From assembly GCA_963749655.1 (NCBI GenBank), contig CAVVOB010000038.1, forward strand, positions 1-64,000: DNA of 64,000 nucleotides. Reading direction: 5' to 3'. The DNA comes from Nitrospirota bacterium (GTDB taxonomy: Bacteria > Nitrospirota > UBA9217). The position numbers and the translations under genes were made by a program. Below are positions 39,450 to 50,649 of this stretch, one piece after another; position 1 is the first letter of the stretch; each line of letters begins with the position of its first letter. The notes beneath the pieces are model-generated. The model searched no databases. It saw only the letters and a list, made by a program, of their open reading frames with translations, and was not told the origin of the DNA.

Positions 39450-41378
39450 ATGGGAAAAACCAAGAGTGGAAAAGCCCCTGTTGTGCACGGCATCAGCCGC
39501 CTCACGGACCACGATATCTATCTCTTCAAGCAGGGGAACCACTTCGGCCTCTACGAAAAGCTGGGCTCCCATCTCATGACCGTCGAAGGCGAGGAGGGCG
39601 TCCTCTTCGCGGTCTGGGCCCCGAACGCGTCAACGGTATCGGTGATCGGCGACTTCAACGGGTGGAACAACGACACCCATCGCCTGAGCGTCCGCAAAGA
39701 CGGATCGGGAATCTGGGAAGGGTTCGTTCCGGGGATAGGCAACGGCGCGCTGTACAAATACCATATCGTTTCACGGCACGGACATTACAAGGCCGACAAG
39801 GGCGATCCCTTCGCTTTCTCCTGGGAAACGCCGCCGCGGACCTCGTCCCTGGTCTGGGACCTGGCCTACGACTGGAACGACGCGGCGTGGATGAAGGACC
39901 GGCACGGACGGAACTCGCTGCAGTCGCCGATCTCGGTATACGAGCTCCATTGCGGGTCCTGGCGCAGGGTCCCCGAGCAGAACAACCGATCGATCACCTA
40001 CCGCGAAATGGCCGCCTACCTTCCCGAGTACCTCAAGGACCTGGGCTTCACCCACGTGGAATTCATGCCCGTGATGGAGCACCCCTTCTACGGGTCCTGG
40101 GGCTACCAGATCACCGGATTTTTCGCGCCCACCAGCCGCTACGGCACGCCCCAGGACTTCATGGAGCTCGTCGAGCGCCTGCACCAGGAGGGGATCGGCG
40201 TGATCCTCGACTGGGTGCCGTCCCATTTTCCGAGCGACGCCCACGGGCTCGTCTATTACGACGGCACGCACCTCTACGAGCACGAAGACCCGAAGAAGGG
40301 CTTTCATCCCGAGTGGACGAGCTACATCTTCAACTATGGCCGCTACGAGGTGCGGAACTTCCTGATCTCGAGCGCCCTGTTCTGGCTCGACAAGTACCAC
40401 GCCGACGGGCTCAGAATCGACGGCGTGGCATCGATGCTTTACCTCGACTACGCGCGCAAAGAAGGCGAGTGGATCCCGAACCAGTACGGCGGACGGGAGA
40501 ACATCGATGCCATCGACTTTCTCCGGAGCTTGAACCAGGAAGTATACCGGGCCTTCCCCGACGTGCAGACCATTGCCGAGGAATCCACGGCCTGGCCCAT
40601 GGTTTCGCGCCCGACGCACGTGGGCGGCCTCGGTTTCGGATTGAAGTGGAACATGGGCTGGATGCACGACACCCTCGATTACTTCGCGCAGGACCCCGTC
40701 TTCCGCAAATACCACCACAACAACATCACCTTCAGCATCTGGTACGCTTTTTACGAAAACTTCATGCTGCCCCTGTCCCATGACGAGGTGGTCCACGGCA
40801 AGGGGGCGCTGGCAGGCAAGATGCCGGGCAGCGGCCTGCAGAAGATGGCGAACCTGCGGCTGCTCTTCGGTTATCTCTTCACCCATCCGGGCAAGAAGCT
40901 CTTGTTCATGGGCGGCGAGCTCGGCCAGTGGGCGGAGTGGAACCACGAGTCGAGCATCGAGTGGCACCTTCTGCAGTTCAAGGGCCATTACGGCGTGTGG
41001 GCGTGGGTGCGCGATCTCAACCGGCTCTACCGGAGCGAACCGGCCCTCCATGAGCTCGATTTCGTGAACGAGGGGTTCGAGTGGGTGGACTTCAGCGACT
41101 GGGAATCGAGCGTGATCAGCTACCTGAGGAAGTCCCGCTCCGGCGGCGCGGTGCTGGTCGTCTTCAACTTCACGCCGGTGCTGCGCCACAACTACCGCAT
41201 CGGCGTGCCCGAAGGCGGGTTCTGGCGCGAGATGCTGAACAGCGACGCCCAGGAATACGGCGGCGAGGGCTTCGGAAATCTCGGGGGCATCGAGGCGGCC
41301 GCGGAACCATGCCACAACCGCAGCCATTCGCTGCTCGCGACGCTTCCGCCGCTCGGGATGGTTGTGTTCAGGAAGTGA
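39450..41378 (+). CDS. glgB: 1,4-alpha-glucan branching enzyme
   Basis: VWAPNA, SWGYQ, DWVPSHF, DGLRIDGVASM, AEEST, LSHDEVVHGK. Confidence 0.97.
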   Translation: MGKTKSGKAPVVHGISRLTDHDIYLFKQGNHFGLYEKLGSHLMTVEGEEGVLFAVWAPNASTVSVIGDFNGWNNDTHRLSVRKDGSGIWEGFVPGIGNGALYKYHIVSRHGHYKADKGDPFAFSWETPPRTSSLVWDLAYDWNDAAWMKDRHGRNSLQSPISVYELHCGSWRRVPEQNNRSITYREMAAYLPEYLKDLGFTHVEFMPVMEHPFYGSWGYQITGFFAPTSRYGTPQDFMELVERLHQEGIGVILDWVPSHFPSDAHGLVYYDGTHLYEHEDPKKGFHPEWTSYIFNYGRYEVRNFLISSALFWLDKYHADGLRIDGVASMLYLDYARKEGEWIPNQYGGRENIDAIDFLRSLNQEVYRAFPDVQTIAEESTAWPMVSRPTHVGGLGFGLKWNMGWMHDTLDYFAQDPVFRKYHHNNITFSIWYAFYENFMLPLSHDEVVHGKGALAGKMPGSGLQKMANLRLLFGYLFTHPGKKLLFMGGELGQWAEWNHESSIEWHLLQFKGHYGVWAWVRDLNRLYRSEPALHELDFVNEGFEWVDFSDWESSVISYLRKSRSGGAVLVVFNFTPVLRHNYRIGVPEGGFWREMLNSDAQEYGGEGFGNLGGIEAAAEPCHNRSHSLLATLPPLGMVVFRK

Positions 41379-41409
41379 CGGCCGCAGGGCGCGAGGAAAC
41401 TCGTCGACC

Positions 41410-42003
41410 ATGGACACTAATGAATTTGCACATGCAGGGTTCCTGCGGGAAGTGTTCGATGCGATTCCCGCCATGCTGCTGATCGTCGACGACGACGTCC
41501 GGATCCTGCATCTGAACGCCACGGCCTCGTCGGGGCTCGGCCTCGACCTCAGGAATGTCCGTAACAAACGGGGAGGAGAGGCGCTTCACTGCGTGCATTC
41601 CACGGAGGACCCGAAAGGCTGCGGACACGCACAAGCCTGCAGAGACTGCGTTATACGAAATTCCGTCGCGAACGCGATCAGGGGAGGAAAAACCTACCGG
41701 AAAGCCACCAGGATGGAGTTCGTGACGGGAGAGACGAAAATGGAGTTGCACCTCCTCGTTACCGCATCGCCGTTCAAACACGGGGAAAAGGCCTATGTCC
41801 TGCTGACCCTGGAGAACGTGAGCGATCTGGTGCAGCTCCATAGCCTGCTGCCGATCTGCATGCACTGCAAGAGGATCCGCAACAGCGAAGGGTACTGGAA
41901 TGACGTCGCTGTCTATCTCAACCAACACCTGGACGTCGACTTTTCCCACGGCCTTTGCGAAGAGTGCCGCGTTAAGTTCTATCCCGACCTGGAAAAGCGG
42001 TAG
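41410..42003 (+). CDS. Cys-rich PAS protein with a C-terminal CxxC/HxxCxxC tail and no output domain
   Basis: GEALHCVH...GCG...CRDC; LPICMHCKRIR...W...FSHGLCEEC. Confidence 0.8.
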   Translation: MDTNEFAHAGFLREVFDAIPAMLLIVDDDVRILHLNATASSGLGLDLRNVRNKRGGEALHCVHSTEDPKGCGHAQACRDCVIRNSVANAIRGGKTYRKATRMEFVTGETKMELHLLVTASPFKHGEKAYVLLTLENVSDLVQLHSLLPICMHCKRIRNSEGYWNDVAVYLNQHLDVDFSHGLCEECRVKFYPDLEKR

Positions 42004-42113
42004 CATTCCGCTGTGATATCCAGCTCCCGAAAAGAGGACGTGCCCGGCTTTTCCGAACGATCCCGATTGCAGCGCTCCCGTCAGGCGTTTCCGCCCCTCT
42101 CAGCGTTTCAACC

Positions 42114-43209
42114 TCAGTTATCTATCGATATTCCGGCTTCCCCCGCATCTACCGTTAAAGCCAGATAGTTCACCCCATCGAACCCATACAGGTTTATCAC
42201 GGCTTCTGTCCCGCTCGCGAGCGCGCCGGCCGTGCCGGCATTGCTGTAATCAACGGAGAGTGTCCTGCCGCCTTTATCGGTAATGGTAAAGGTATGGGCC
42301 GTCGTGTCCAGGTTGGAGACCGTTCCCTCGAGCTTCACGTATACGGCAGTGGCCGTGATGATCGTTGTGGACAGGTCCATGGCCGCGGTCTTGACCTTGA
42401 CGCGCAAACCGTCGATCACGGCGCCCTGGAGCAGGCTGTCGAGGCCCGGCTGCTGCGTCACCGTGATTCCGGAGTAGAGTACGCTGAACGTGGAAGACCC
42501 TTTCGTGAGCGTGAAGGTTTTTTCCGGTCGTGGAGAGGCCGGAGACGAGGCCCGTTATGCTCTCGGGTTCTCCGAGTGCTTCCACTTCTCCGGCATGGAG
42601 CGGCGACACCTTCATGGTCACCGTACAGGTTGTGGGCGTGCCGAATCCGACCACATCGAATTCCTTGAGATTGAAATCAAGAGCTAGTTTGCTCTGCTGA
42701 TTGGCGAGCACGTTCACCGCGCCGGTGATGTCCAGCGAACAGTTTGTTCCGCTGCAGCTCAGGGTATTCGGCGCGTTCCCCGCATCCTTGTAGGACACGA
42801 AGGAGCAGAGCGAGGTCGTTCCCGGGACCGTGCCGGTGGCCGCGGTCGCCAGGACCACGTTCTTCTCGAACTCTATCCGGATGCGGTTGTACGATGCAGC
42901 GGGACATCGGACGATGCTCGCGAGATGCATTACGTTCGCGAGCCCGGCGATATTCACGGCCAGGGGCGTCGTCAGCATGTCACAGGAGTCACCCGAGCCG
43001 GTGTTCAGGACCTGCACACTGTTGATCGTAGCAGTCACCCGGGTAAAGAGGGACATGTCATCGGTGATGTAAAGTCCCACGACACCCGGGGCAACACCGC
43101 CAGTTCCGCTGCCGTTGTTGCCGGAGCAGGAATAAAGAAGGAACGCTGAAAAGCATGCAATCAAAGCAGCCGCAATAAAGCCTACTAATACTTTCTTCTT
43201 ATTTTTCAT
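42114..43209 (-). CDS. Lipoprotein, DUF4382/DUF5666-like (frameshift near 42520)
   Basis: Signal peptide with LYSC lipobox, LYITD, LDFNL; C-terminal LEGTVS.LD...F repeats. Confidence 0.7.
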
Positions 43210-43513
43210 TATGCGCCTCCTGAACGCGGTACTTATACAAGCCGTGATGGTCACCGTGAACATGATACTAAGAAGCTATCACTGATCCGCAGGTTGTCAA
43301 GCACCGCGACGCGCGTGCCATCCGCACCCCCCGATTAGAATTCGATGATATACTCTAAATGCTGCATTATGCAGTTCCCTATTTCATCGTGTTTGCTGCG
43401 AATACGCTGTCCCTTGTCTGCCCAGGCTGATCGGACGAGATAGCCTGCCCGTGAGAAAAGAGCGATAAAAATGGCGGTACTGACAAAGAGTCGGGAGTGT
43501 TGATTTCAACAGT

Positions 43514-46500
43514 ATGAAGAACAGCGAGACCCATAGGGACGATTTCCGGACAGTGAGTGCCTGGGACCGCACCGTGTACCTGCTTGCTTTTCTTGCGCTC
43601 CTTACAGGACTCTCTATTACGAGCTTGTACAGCTACCCTCTGTTTCACAGCCTTGCCGAATTATTCAGCATCGTTATAGCGTTCGGCATATTCGTCATCG
43701 CCTGGAACTCCCGGCCTTTTCTGAACAACAACTACCTGCTGTTCCTCGGCATAGCCTACCTCTTCGTCGGAGGCCTGGATCTCATTCATACCCTTGCTTA
43801 TAAAGGCATGGGCGTGTTCAAAGTCAACGACGCCGATCACCCGACCCAGTTATGGATCGCAGCCCGTTATCTGCAGAGCCTGTCGCTGCTGGCCGCCCCC
43901 TTTTTCATCGGACGAAGGCTCAATGCCGGCGCCGTGCTGGCCGGATATGCCGGCATCTTTGCTCTGCTGCTGTGGACCATCTTCGGCAGCGATAGTTTCC
44001 CCGTGTGCTACGTTGACGGCACGGGGTTGACGCCGTTCAAGAAGAACAGCGAGTACGTGATCAGTCTCGTGCTGCTGCTGTCCGGAGCAGCGCTGCTTCG
44101 GAGGAAAAGCGTGTTTGAGGGGAAGGTCCTCCGTCTTCTTCTCCTTTCCCTGGCGGCGACCATCGTTTCGGAGCTTGCCTTTACCTTTTATATCGGCGTC
44201 TATGATCTGTCCAACCTGGTAGGGCACCTGTTCAAGATCATAGCGTTCTCTTTTGTCTATCTGGCTATCATCAAAACGGGCATCAAGGACCCCTTTGACA
44301 TCATATTTAGAAGCCTGAAACAGCGCGAGGAGGAGCTGCAGAAAACAAAGACAGGGCTGGAGGTGCGCGTTGCAGAGCGCACCGAGGATCTGAACGCGTC
44401 GAAGCAAATGCTCGAACGGGAGATTGATGAACACAAGCGCACTGAAGAGATGCTGAAGGGACAGTACTCGACCCTGAGCAGCATTCTCGAGGGCGCGAAT
44501 GCACTGATCTTCTCGGTGGACCGGCAGTACCGGTACACCAGCTTCAACTCAGCCCACGCAGCGGTAATGAAGGCCATATACGGCACGGAGATCAGAAACG
44601 GCTGGAGCATACTGGATTTCATGACTGTTCCCGAAGACCGTGAAAAGGCGAAACAGAACCTCGACCGTGCTTTGGGGGGTGAGCGCCATATGGAATCGGC
44701 CTATTCCGGCGAGGACGCGAGGTCCCGGCGGTACTTCGAAGTGTCCCACAGCCCGGTCGTTGCCGACGACGGATCGGTGATCGGCGTGGCGGTGCTGTCG
44801 CAGGATATCACCGACCGCAGACAGGCGGAAGAGGCCCGGCGCAGATACAGCGAGGAGATCGAAGGCCTTTATAATTTCGCCCCCTGCGGCTATCATTCAC
44901 TGGACTCTGAAGGAGTCATTATCCGGATCAACGATACCGAACTCCAGTGGCTTGGTTATGCGCGGGACGAGATCGTGAAAAAATGAGGTTCTCCGATATC
45001 GTAACAGAGAAGAGTCTGCAGGTCTTTCAAGCGAACTTCCCTCTGTTCAAGAAACAGGGCTGGGCGAGAGACCTGGAATTGCGAAATGATACGCAAAGAC
45101 GGGACGCTCCTGCCGGTGCTCCTGAGCGCCACGGCGATCTACGACGAGGACGGCAATTTCGCGATGAGCAGGTCGACCGTCTACGACATCACCAGGCGCA
45201 AACAGGCCGAGGATGCTCTGCGAGAAAGCGAGCAAAAGTACCGCGATATATTCGATAGTGTTCTCGACGGACTGTACCTTCTCCGTGCAGGTCCGGGACA
45301 AACCGCGGTCTCTACGGTACATGGGCCGGGTTGCGCTTCAGTGACCGGCTATGCACCGGAGGACTATGCGGGCGACCCGGGTCTCGGTATCGAATGGTGT
45401 ACAACCGGACCGGCGGAGGTGATCGGGAAGACGTCAGGATCCTGGCAGGCGAAGCGGCATCGCCGCTGGAACACCGGATTATCCACCGGGACGGCTCCCT
45501 GCGCTGGGTGCGGAATACGTCCGTAGCCAGTGACCAGAAACGGCGGCAAATCGGCTACGATGGTCTGATCGCAAAGTATCGCCGGGCGCAAGCGGGCGGA
45601 GGAGCAACTGCGCCCCATCGAAGAGAGATACGGACTCTGGAATCCTTTGACGTCTTTTTATCACCTCACGGGACGGGAAAATCCTCGACATGAACAAAAA
45701 AGGCATTGCGCTATTCGGGTACGACACGAAAGAGGAAGTTTGTCGCCTTGATCTGGAACGGGACGTCTATGCTTATCCGCTGGACGGGAGCAGATCCTTG
45801 CACTCGTTGGGGCGCTGGGCACGGCCGAATATGAAATCATCGTCAAGAAAAAGAGCGGTGAAAGAATAACAGCTCATTGCGCATTGACAGCCGTACAAGG
45901 AGACGACGGTGAGATTACCAGTTACCGGGGAATCATTCAGCGCATCACGGAGCAAAAGCTGGCAGAGGAGGCCTTGCGCCGGCTGAACCGCGAACTGCGC
46001 GCCATCAGCAACTGCAACCAGACCTTGATGCGTGCGACGGACGAGCAGACGCTCCTGAACGACGTCTGCCGCATAATCTGCGATGAGGCCGGCTACCGCA
46101 TGGCGTGGGTCGGCTATGCCGGAGAACGACGAGCAAAGAAGCGTCCGTCCCGTGGCCTGGGCCGGGGTAGAGGATGGATATCTGGCCACCGCCGAGATCA
46201 CCTGGGCAGACTGCGAACGCGGGCGCGGGCCCACGGGAACGGCCATCAGAACCGGAGAGAGCGCCTGCATCACGGATTTTATGACCGATCCGCAGGCCGC
46301 CCCCTGGCGCGAGAATGCCCTGAAGCGCGGATACCGTTCCAGCATCTCCATGCCCCTCAAGGATGAAAGCGGACAAACCTTCGGCGCCCTCACAATCTAT
46401 TCCACTGATTCGAATACCTTCACGCCCGGCGAGCGACGGCTCCTGGAGGAACTGGCTGGCAATCTCGCCTTCGGCATCACGATCCTGCGCGCCCGGATCG

Positions 46501-47252
46501 AGCGCAGCCGGACCGAGGAGGCGTTGCGCGAGCGGGAAAGACACGCACAGTCGCTGCTTCGCCTTTCCCGCAGGCTGGAACGCGCCCAGACGTACGATGA
46601 AGTCCTGAACGCCGCGCGGGACGAAGTCAGGACCAGCATCGGCTACAACAACCTGTGGGTTTACCTTCTTGACGAAGACAACCAGCATGCCAAAGCGCTG
46701 ATTGCCGGAGGACCGATGGCCGATGTCGTGATGTCGGAGGAGGGCGCGGCAATCCTGACCATCCGGGGCGACCGCATGCTCGAGGAGATCGTCGGAACGA
46801 AAGATATCGTGGTAGTCGAGGATGCGCGAATCGACGATCGAACCGACAAGAAGATCGTGGCTGTGCTGGGAAACCGCACCATCGTCAACGTTCCGATCTT
46901 CCTGATGGACAAGCGCCTCGGATCGGTGGGGATGGGGACGTTCGGCGACGAGGGTGTGCGCGTCCCCACGAAGTCCGAGCTGGAATACCTGTCCGCGCTG
47001 GCGAGTCACATGGCGGTCACGCTCGACTGGATCCAGCTGCTCATTCGTCGCAAGAATGCTGAGGAGGATCTGCGCAAGCTGAACCAGGAACTCGAACAGC
47101 GGGTGAAGCAGCGAACCGCGGAGCTGGAGCAGAAAAACGAGGAGCTGGAACGGATAAACAGGCTCTTCGTCGGCCGGGAGCTTCGCATGGTGGAGCTGAA
47201 GGACAGAATAAGGGAGATGGAAGAGATCATCGCAGGGAGGGAAAAGAAATGA
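43514..47252 (+). CDS. MASE3-multi-PAS-GAF-GAF sensor without kinase domain; heavily frameshifted between 44980 and 46120
   Basis: MASE3 (LFHSLAELFSI..., HTLAYKGM), several PAS (DIT.RK.AEE), two GAF domains; ends LFVGRELRMVELKDRIREME. Confidence 0.8.
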
Positions 47253-48121
47253 ACAGGAGCCGAAGACCTGCTGTGATGTCCCTGGCGCTCTGCTTCGCCA
47301 TGCTGGCGTTCTCTCTGCCCTCATGTTCTGCCGTGTCCAGCGCCGGCGCTGCCGAACGGTACGCGTTCGGCGTGGTGCCCCAGTTCGAACAGCGAAAGCT
47401 GCACGGCATATGGACACCGATCATCAGGGAACTGGAAAAGCGGACCGGACTGAACTTCGACGCTGGTGACCACGCTCACTATCAACGACTTTGAAAAGGA
47501 GCTGGCAAACGGCAAGCTTTGATTTCGTATACACGAATCCTTACCACATCCTCAGGGAAAGCCGGAACCAGGGCTATATGCCTCTGGTGACGGGACCTGG
47601 CCCCGCTCAAAGGAATTCTTGTCGTCAGGAAAGACAGCCCGCTGCAAAAACCCGCCGACGTCGCAGGCAAGGTCGTCGCCTTTCCCTCGCCCAATGCCAT
47701 CGGCGCTTCGCTCCTGATGCGCGCAGATCTCGAAAGACTGCATGGGACTGTCGTCAAACCACTGTACGTGAAGACGCACAGTTCCGTGTATCTGCACGTG
47801 GTCAAGGGGCTGGCGGATGCCGGGGGCGGCGTCGAGAAGACGCTTCAGGAGCAGGACCCGGCGGTTCGCGAAGCGCTGCGGATCATTTATACGACGCGTT
47901 CCATCCCGTCGCATCCCATAGCAGCGCATCCGAGGGTGCCGAAGAAACACCGGGAAGAAGTGCGCCGCGCCTTGCTCGCTCTGGCGGAAACCGCCGAGGG
48001 CAGGGAACTGCTTTCGAAGGTGCCGATAAAACAACTGGTGTCCACGTCCATGGAGGATTATCGGGATATGCTCTGGTGGGGCCTCGAATCCTACTGGGAC
48101 GCGGCATGGAAAGAGGAGTGA
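47249..48121 (+). CDS. PhnD-like periplasmic substrate-binding protein (frameshifts)
   Basis: Signal peptide, FGVVPQF, YTNPY, AFPSPNA.GASLL, THSSVY..V, HPIAAHPRVP. Confidence 0.85.
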
Positions 48122-48125
48122 CCAA

Positions 48126-49778
48126 GTGAGCCTCCGGGCAAAAGTATTATTGCCGCTGGCGGCGTTCAGCATCGTCCTCGTTGCGTATCTTTACGCATAC
48201 TGGATGCCGCTGTCCCTTGCGAACATCGAAGCGGGGTTTCAACAGTCCATCGAGAAGCACCTGGACAGCGTCGACGAAGGGCTCGTCCCGCTCCTGCTGG
48301 GGCGCCAGCTGGATGCCGTCTACGAAAACCTGGACAGGCTGATGGCTAAAAACAAGGATTGGATCGATCTCAGTCTGACGGATCCGGAAGGCAGAATACT
48401 GTATCCGCTGATTCCCCGTACGTCGACAAAGGCGGCCGCCGGGAACGATGTTCATTTCGTCGAGCGGCGCATCAAATATCTCGACCGTGACCTCGGCAGC
48501 CTGGCGCTGCAGGTGGATTTCGGTCCGCGGCTGTCGGAGTTGAGGAAAAGGCACTGGGAACTCACGCTGGTCTTGCTGGGAGTCGTTCTGGTATTTGTCG
48601 TGACAACAGGCGTCTTCCTGGACCGGCTTGTGGTGCGGCCCGTTAAGCTGCTGTCTCACGCTTCCCGGAAACTGGCCGAAAACGATTTCAATGTGCCGGT
48701 CGAAAAAGTCGGCGAGGACGAGGTCGGTGTCCTGGTGGACGATTTCGACGGCATGCGGTCCGCGCTGCGGGAGTATCGTTTTCATTTGCAGAATATCCAT
48801 GAGCAACTGCAGCTCGAACTCGCCGAGCGCAGGAAGGCGGAACAGGAGCTGAGGGAGGCGCATAAAAGGCTCCTCACAGTTTTGAACAGTCTGGATGCCA
48901 TCGTGTATGTCGCCGACATGAACACCTATGAGACGCTGTTCATTAATAAATACCTCGAGGATATTTGCGGGGATGTCATCGGCAAGCAGTGCTGGCAAAG
49001 CCTGCAGTCCGGACAATCGGGGCCCTGCGGTTATTGCACGAACAAATATCTCCTTGCGCCGGGCGGCGAGCCCGCGGGTGTCTACCAATGGGAGTTTCGG
49101 AACACCAGGGACGGGCGCTGGTACGATAATCGGGACAGGGCCATTCAGTGGGTCGACGGCCGGTACGTGCGACTGGAGATCGCTACGGACATTACCAGGC
49201 GGAAGGAAACGGAAGAAGCTCTCCTGAAAAGCAGGGAAGTGGTCGAGCGCATCTTTTCCATGACAACGACCTGCATCGCTTACCTGGACCGCGATTTCAA
49301 TTTTATCAGAGTGAACAAGGAGTATGCCGAAGCCGACGGCAAGACCCCTGAATATTTCACCGGCAAGAACCATTTTGCGCTCTTTCCGAACGCTGAAAAC
49401 GAAGCGATCTTCAGAAACGTCGTGCAGACGGGAGAGCAGTACCGGGTCCATGCAAAGCCATTTGAATACAGGAACCATCCGGAACGCGGGGTCACCCATT
49501 GGGACTGGAGCCTTACCCCGGTCAGGGACGCGGCGGGCGAAGTCGAGGCGCTCATATTATCGTTGATAAACGTGACCGAACGCGTAATGGCCCAGGAGGG
49601 CCTCGCCAGACTCAACGACGAGCTGGAAGAGCGCATACGGGGCAGGACGCGAGAGCTCGAGGAAAAGAACAGGGAACTGGAACGCCTGAATAAAATTTTC
49701 GTCAACAGAGAACTCCGCATGGTGGAGCTCAAGGACAGGATAAGGGAACTGGAAGAAGGTCTGAGGAGGACTTCATGA
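48126..49778 (+). CDS. 2TM-HAMP-PAS-PAS sensor without kinase domain
   Basis: HAMP (RPV..L...DEVG.L...F..M), Cys-rich PAS, PAS; ends IFVNRELRMVELKDRIRELE. ORF intact. Confidence 0.9.
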   Translation: MSLRAKVLLPLAAFSIVLVAYLYAYWMPLSLANIEAGFQQSIEKHLDSVDEGLVPLLLGRQLDAVYENLDRLMAKNKDWIDLSLTDPEGRILYPLIPRTSTKAAAGNDVHFVERRIKYLDRDLGSLALQVDFGPRLSELRKRHWELTLVLLGVVLVFVVTTGVFLDRLVVRPVKLLSHASRKLAENDFNVPVEKVGEDEVGVLVDDFDGMRSALREYRFHLQNIHEQLQLELAERRKAEQELREAHKRLLTVLNSLDAIVYVADMNTYETLFINKYLEDICGDVIGKQCWQSLQSGQSGPCGYCTNKYLLAPGGEPAGVYQWEFRNTRDGRWYDNRDRAIQWVDGRYVRLEIATDITRRKETEEALLKSREVVERIFSMTTTCIAYLDRDFNFIRVNKEYAEADGKTPEYFTGKNHFALFPNAENEAIFRNVVQTGEQYRVHAKPFEYRNHPERGVTHWDWSLTPVRDAAGEVEALILSLINVTERVMAQEGLARLNDELEERIRGRTRELEEKNRELERLNKIFVNRELRMVELKDRIRELEEGLRRTS

Positions 49779-50647
49779 AATCGACTTCACTATCGTTCGC
49801 GATCAACGTCATAAAGGCGGGAATTAGGATTGCGCTGCTTGCGGCGATCGTCCCCGGCGCTTTCCCGCATGCATCGGCGGAGCAGCAGGTCGTCTATACT
49901 CTTGCCGTCCTTCCTTCCGCTCCGCCTGTAGTCATGCACACACAATGGACGCCGTTCCTGGAGCGCCTCTCCCGCGAAACAGGCCTTGAGTTCCGCCTTA
50001 AAGTTTACGAAAAAATGTCTGATTTCGAACAGGATATCTGGAGCGGTGCGCCTGACTTCATCTTTGCCTCGCCGATCCAGACCGTAGTGGCCCACACGCG
50101 GAACGGCTACATACCGCTCGTGCGCGGCGGCAATCCCGTTTCGGTCAGGCTCTTCGTCCGCAATGATTCCACGGTCAAAACCATTGACGATCTTTCCGGG
50201 AAAACGATCGCCTTTGTCGGAAACAAGAACCTCTGCAGCGTGTTTGTCAGGCATTTGCTTGACAACCGGCAGATGAAAGTTGCCTACCTGTCGGAGTATA
50301 CCGGTTCAACCAAGAATGTGATCAAAAGCGTTCTGTTGGGCAAGAACGACGCCGGAGCGGTTTTCGTACCCGAGTTGGAACGGGAGACGGCAGAAACCCG
50401 CAGTCTGATGCGGCCGCTCCTTGATACGCCGAAAATCGCCCCCCATCCGCTTAGCGCACAACCGCGCGTGCCGAAGAACGTTCAGAAAAAGGTGGCAAAG
50501 GCGGTGCTTGACATAGCCGGGACGCCGGAGGGCGCGGAACTTGTCAAAACGCTCAGGCTGCCGTCGCCGGTTGCGGCCGACTATGAACGGGATTATAAGA
50601 TGCTCGAGGAAGTGGACGTGATCGGGCTGACGGATTGGGGGCATTGA
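49775..50647 (+). CDS. PhnD-like periplasmic substrate-binding protein
   Basis: WTPFLERLS..TGL, GYIPLVR, HPLSAQPRVP; paralogue of 47249-48121. Confidence 0.88.
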   Translation: MKSTSLSFAINVIKAGIRIALLAAIVPGAFPHASAEQQVVYTLAVLPSAPPVVMHTQWTPFLERLSRETGLEFRLKVYEKMSDFEQDIWSGAPDFIFASPIQTVVAHTRNGYIPLVRGGNPVSVRLFVRNDSTVKTIDDLSGKTIAFVGNKNLCSVFVRHLLDNRQMKVAYLSEYTGSTKNVIKSVLLGKNDAGAVFVPELERETAETRSLMRPLLDTPKIAPHPLSAQPRVPKNVQKKVAKAVLDIAGTPEGAELVKTLRLPSPVAADYERDYKMLEEVDVIGLTDWGH

Positions 50648-50649
50648 CA

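Noticed and set aside
44980-46120. Dense indels in the middle of the MASE3 sensor as real gene decay
   Set aside because: Cannot be separated from a locally poor consensus, and both ends of the gene are intact, so it is not called a pseudogene.
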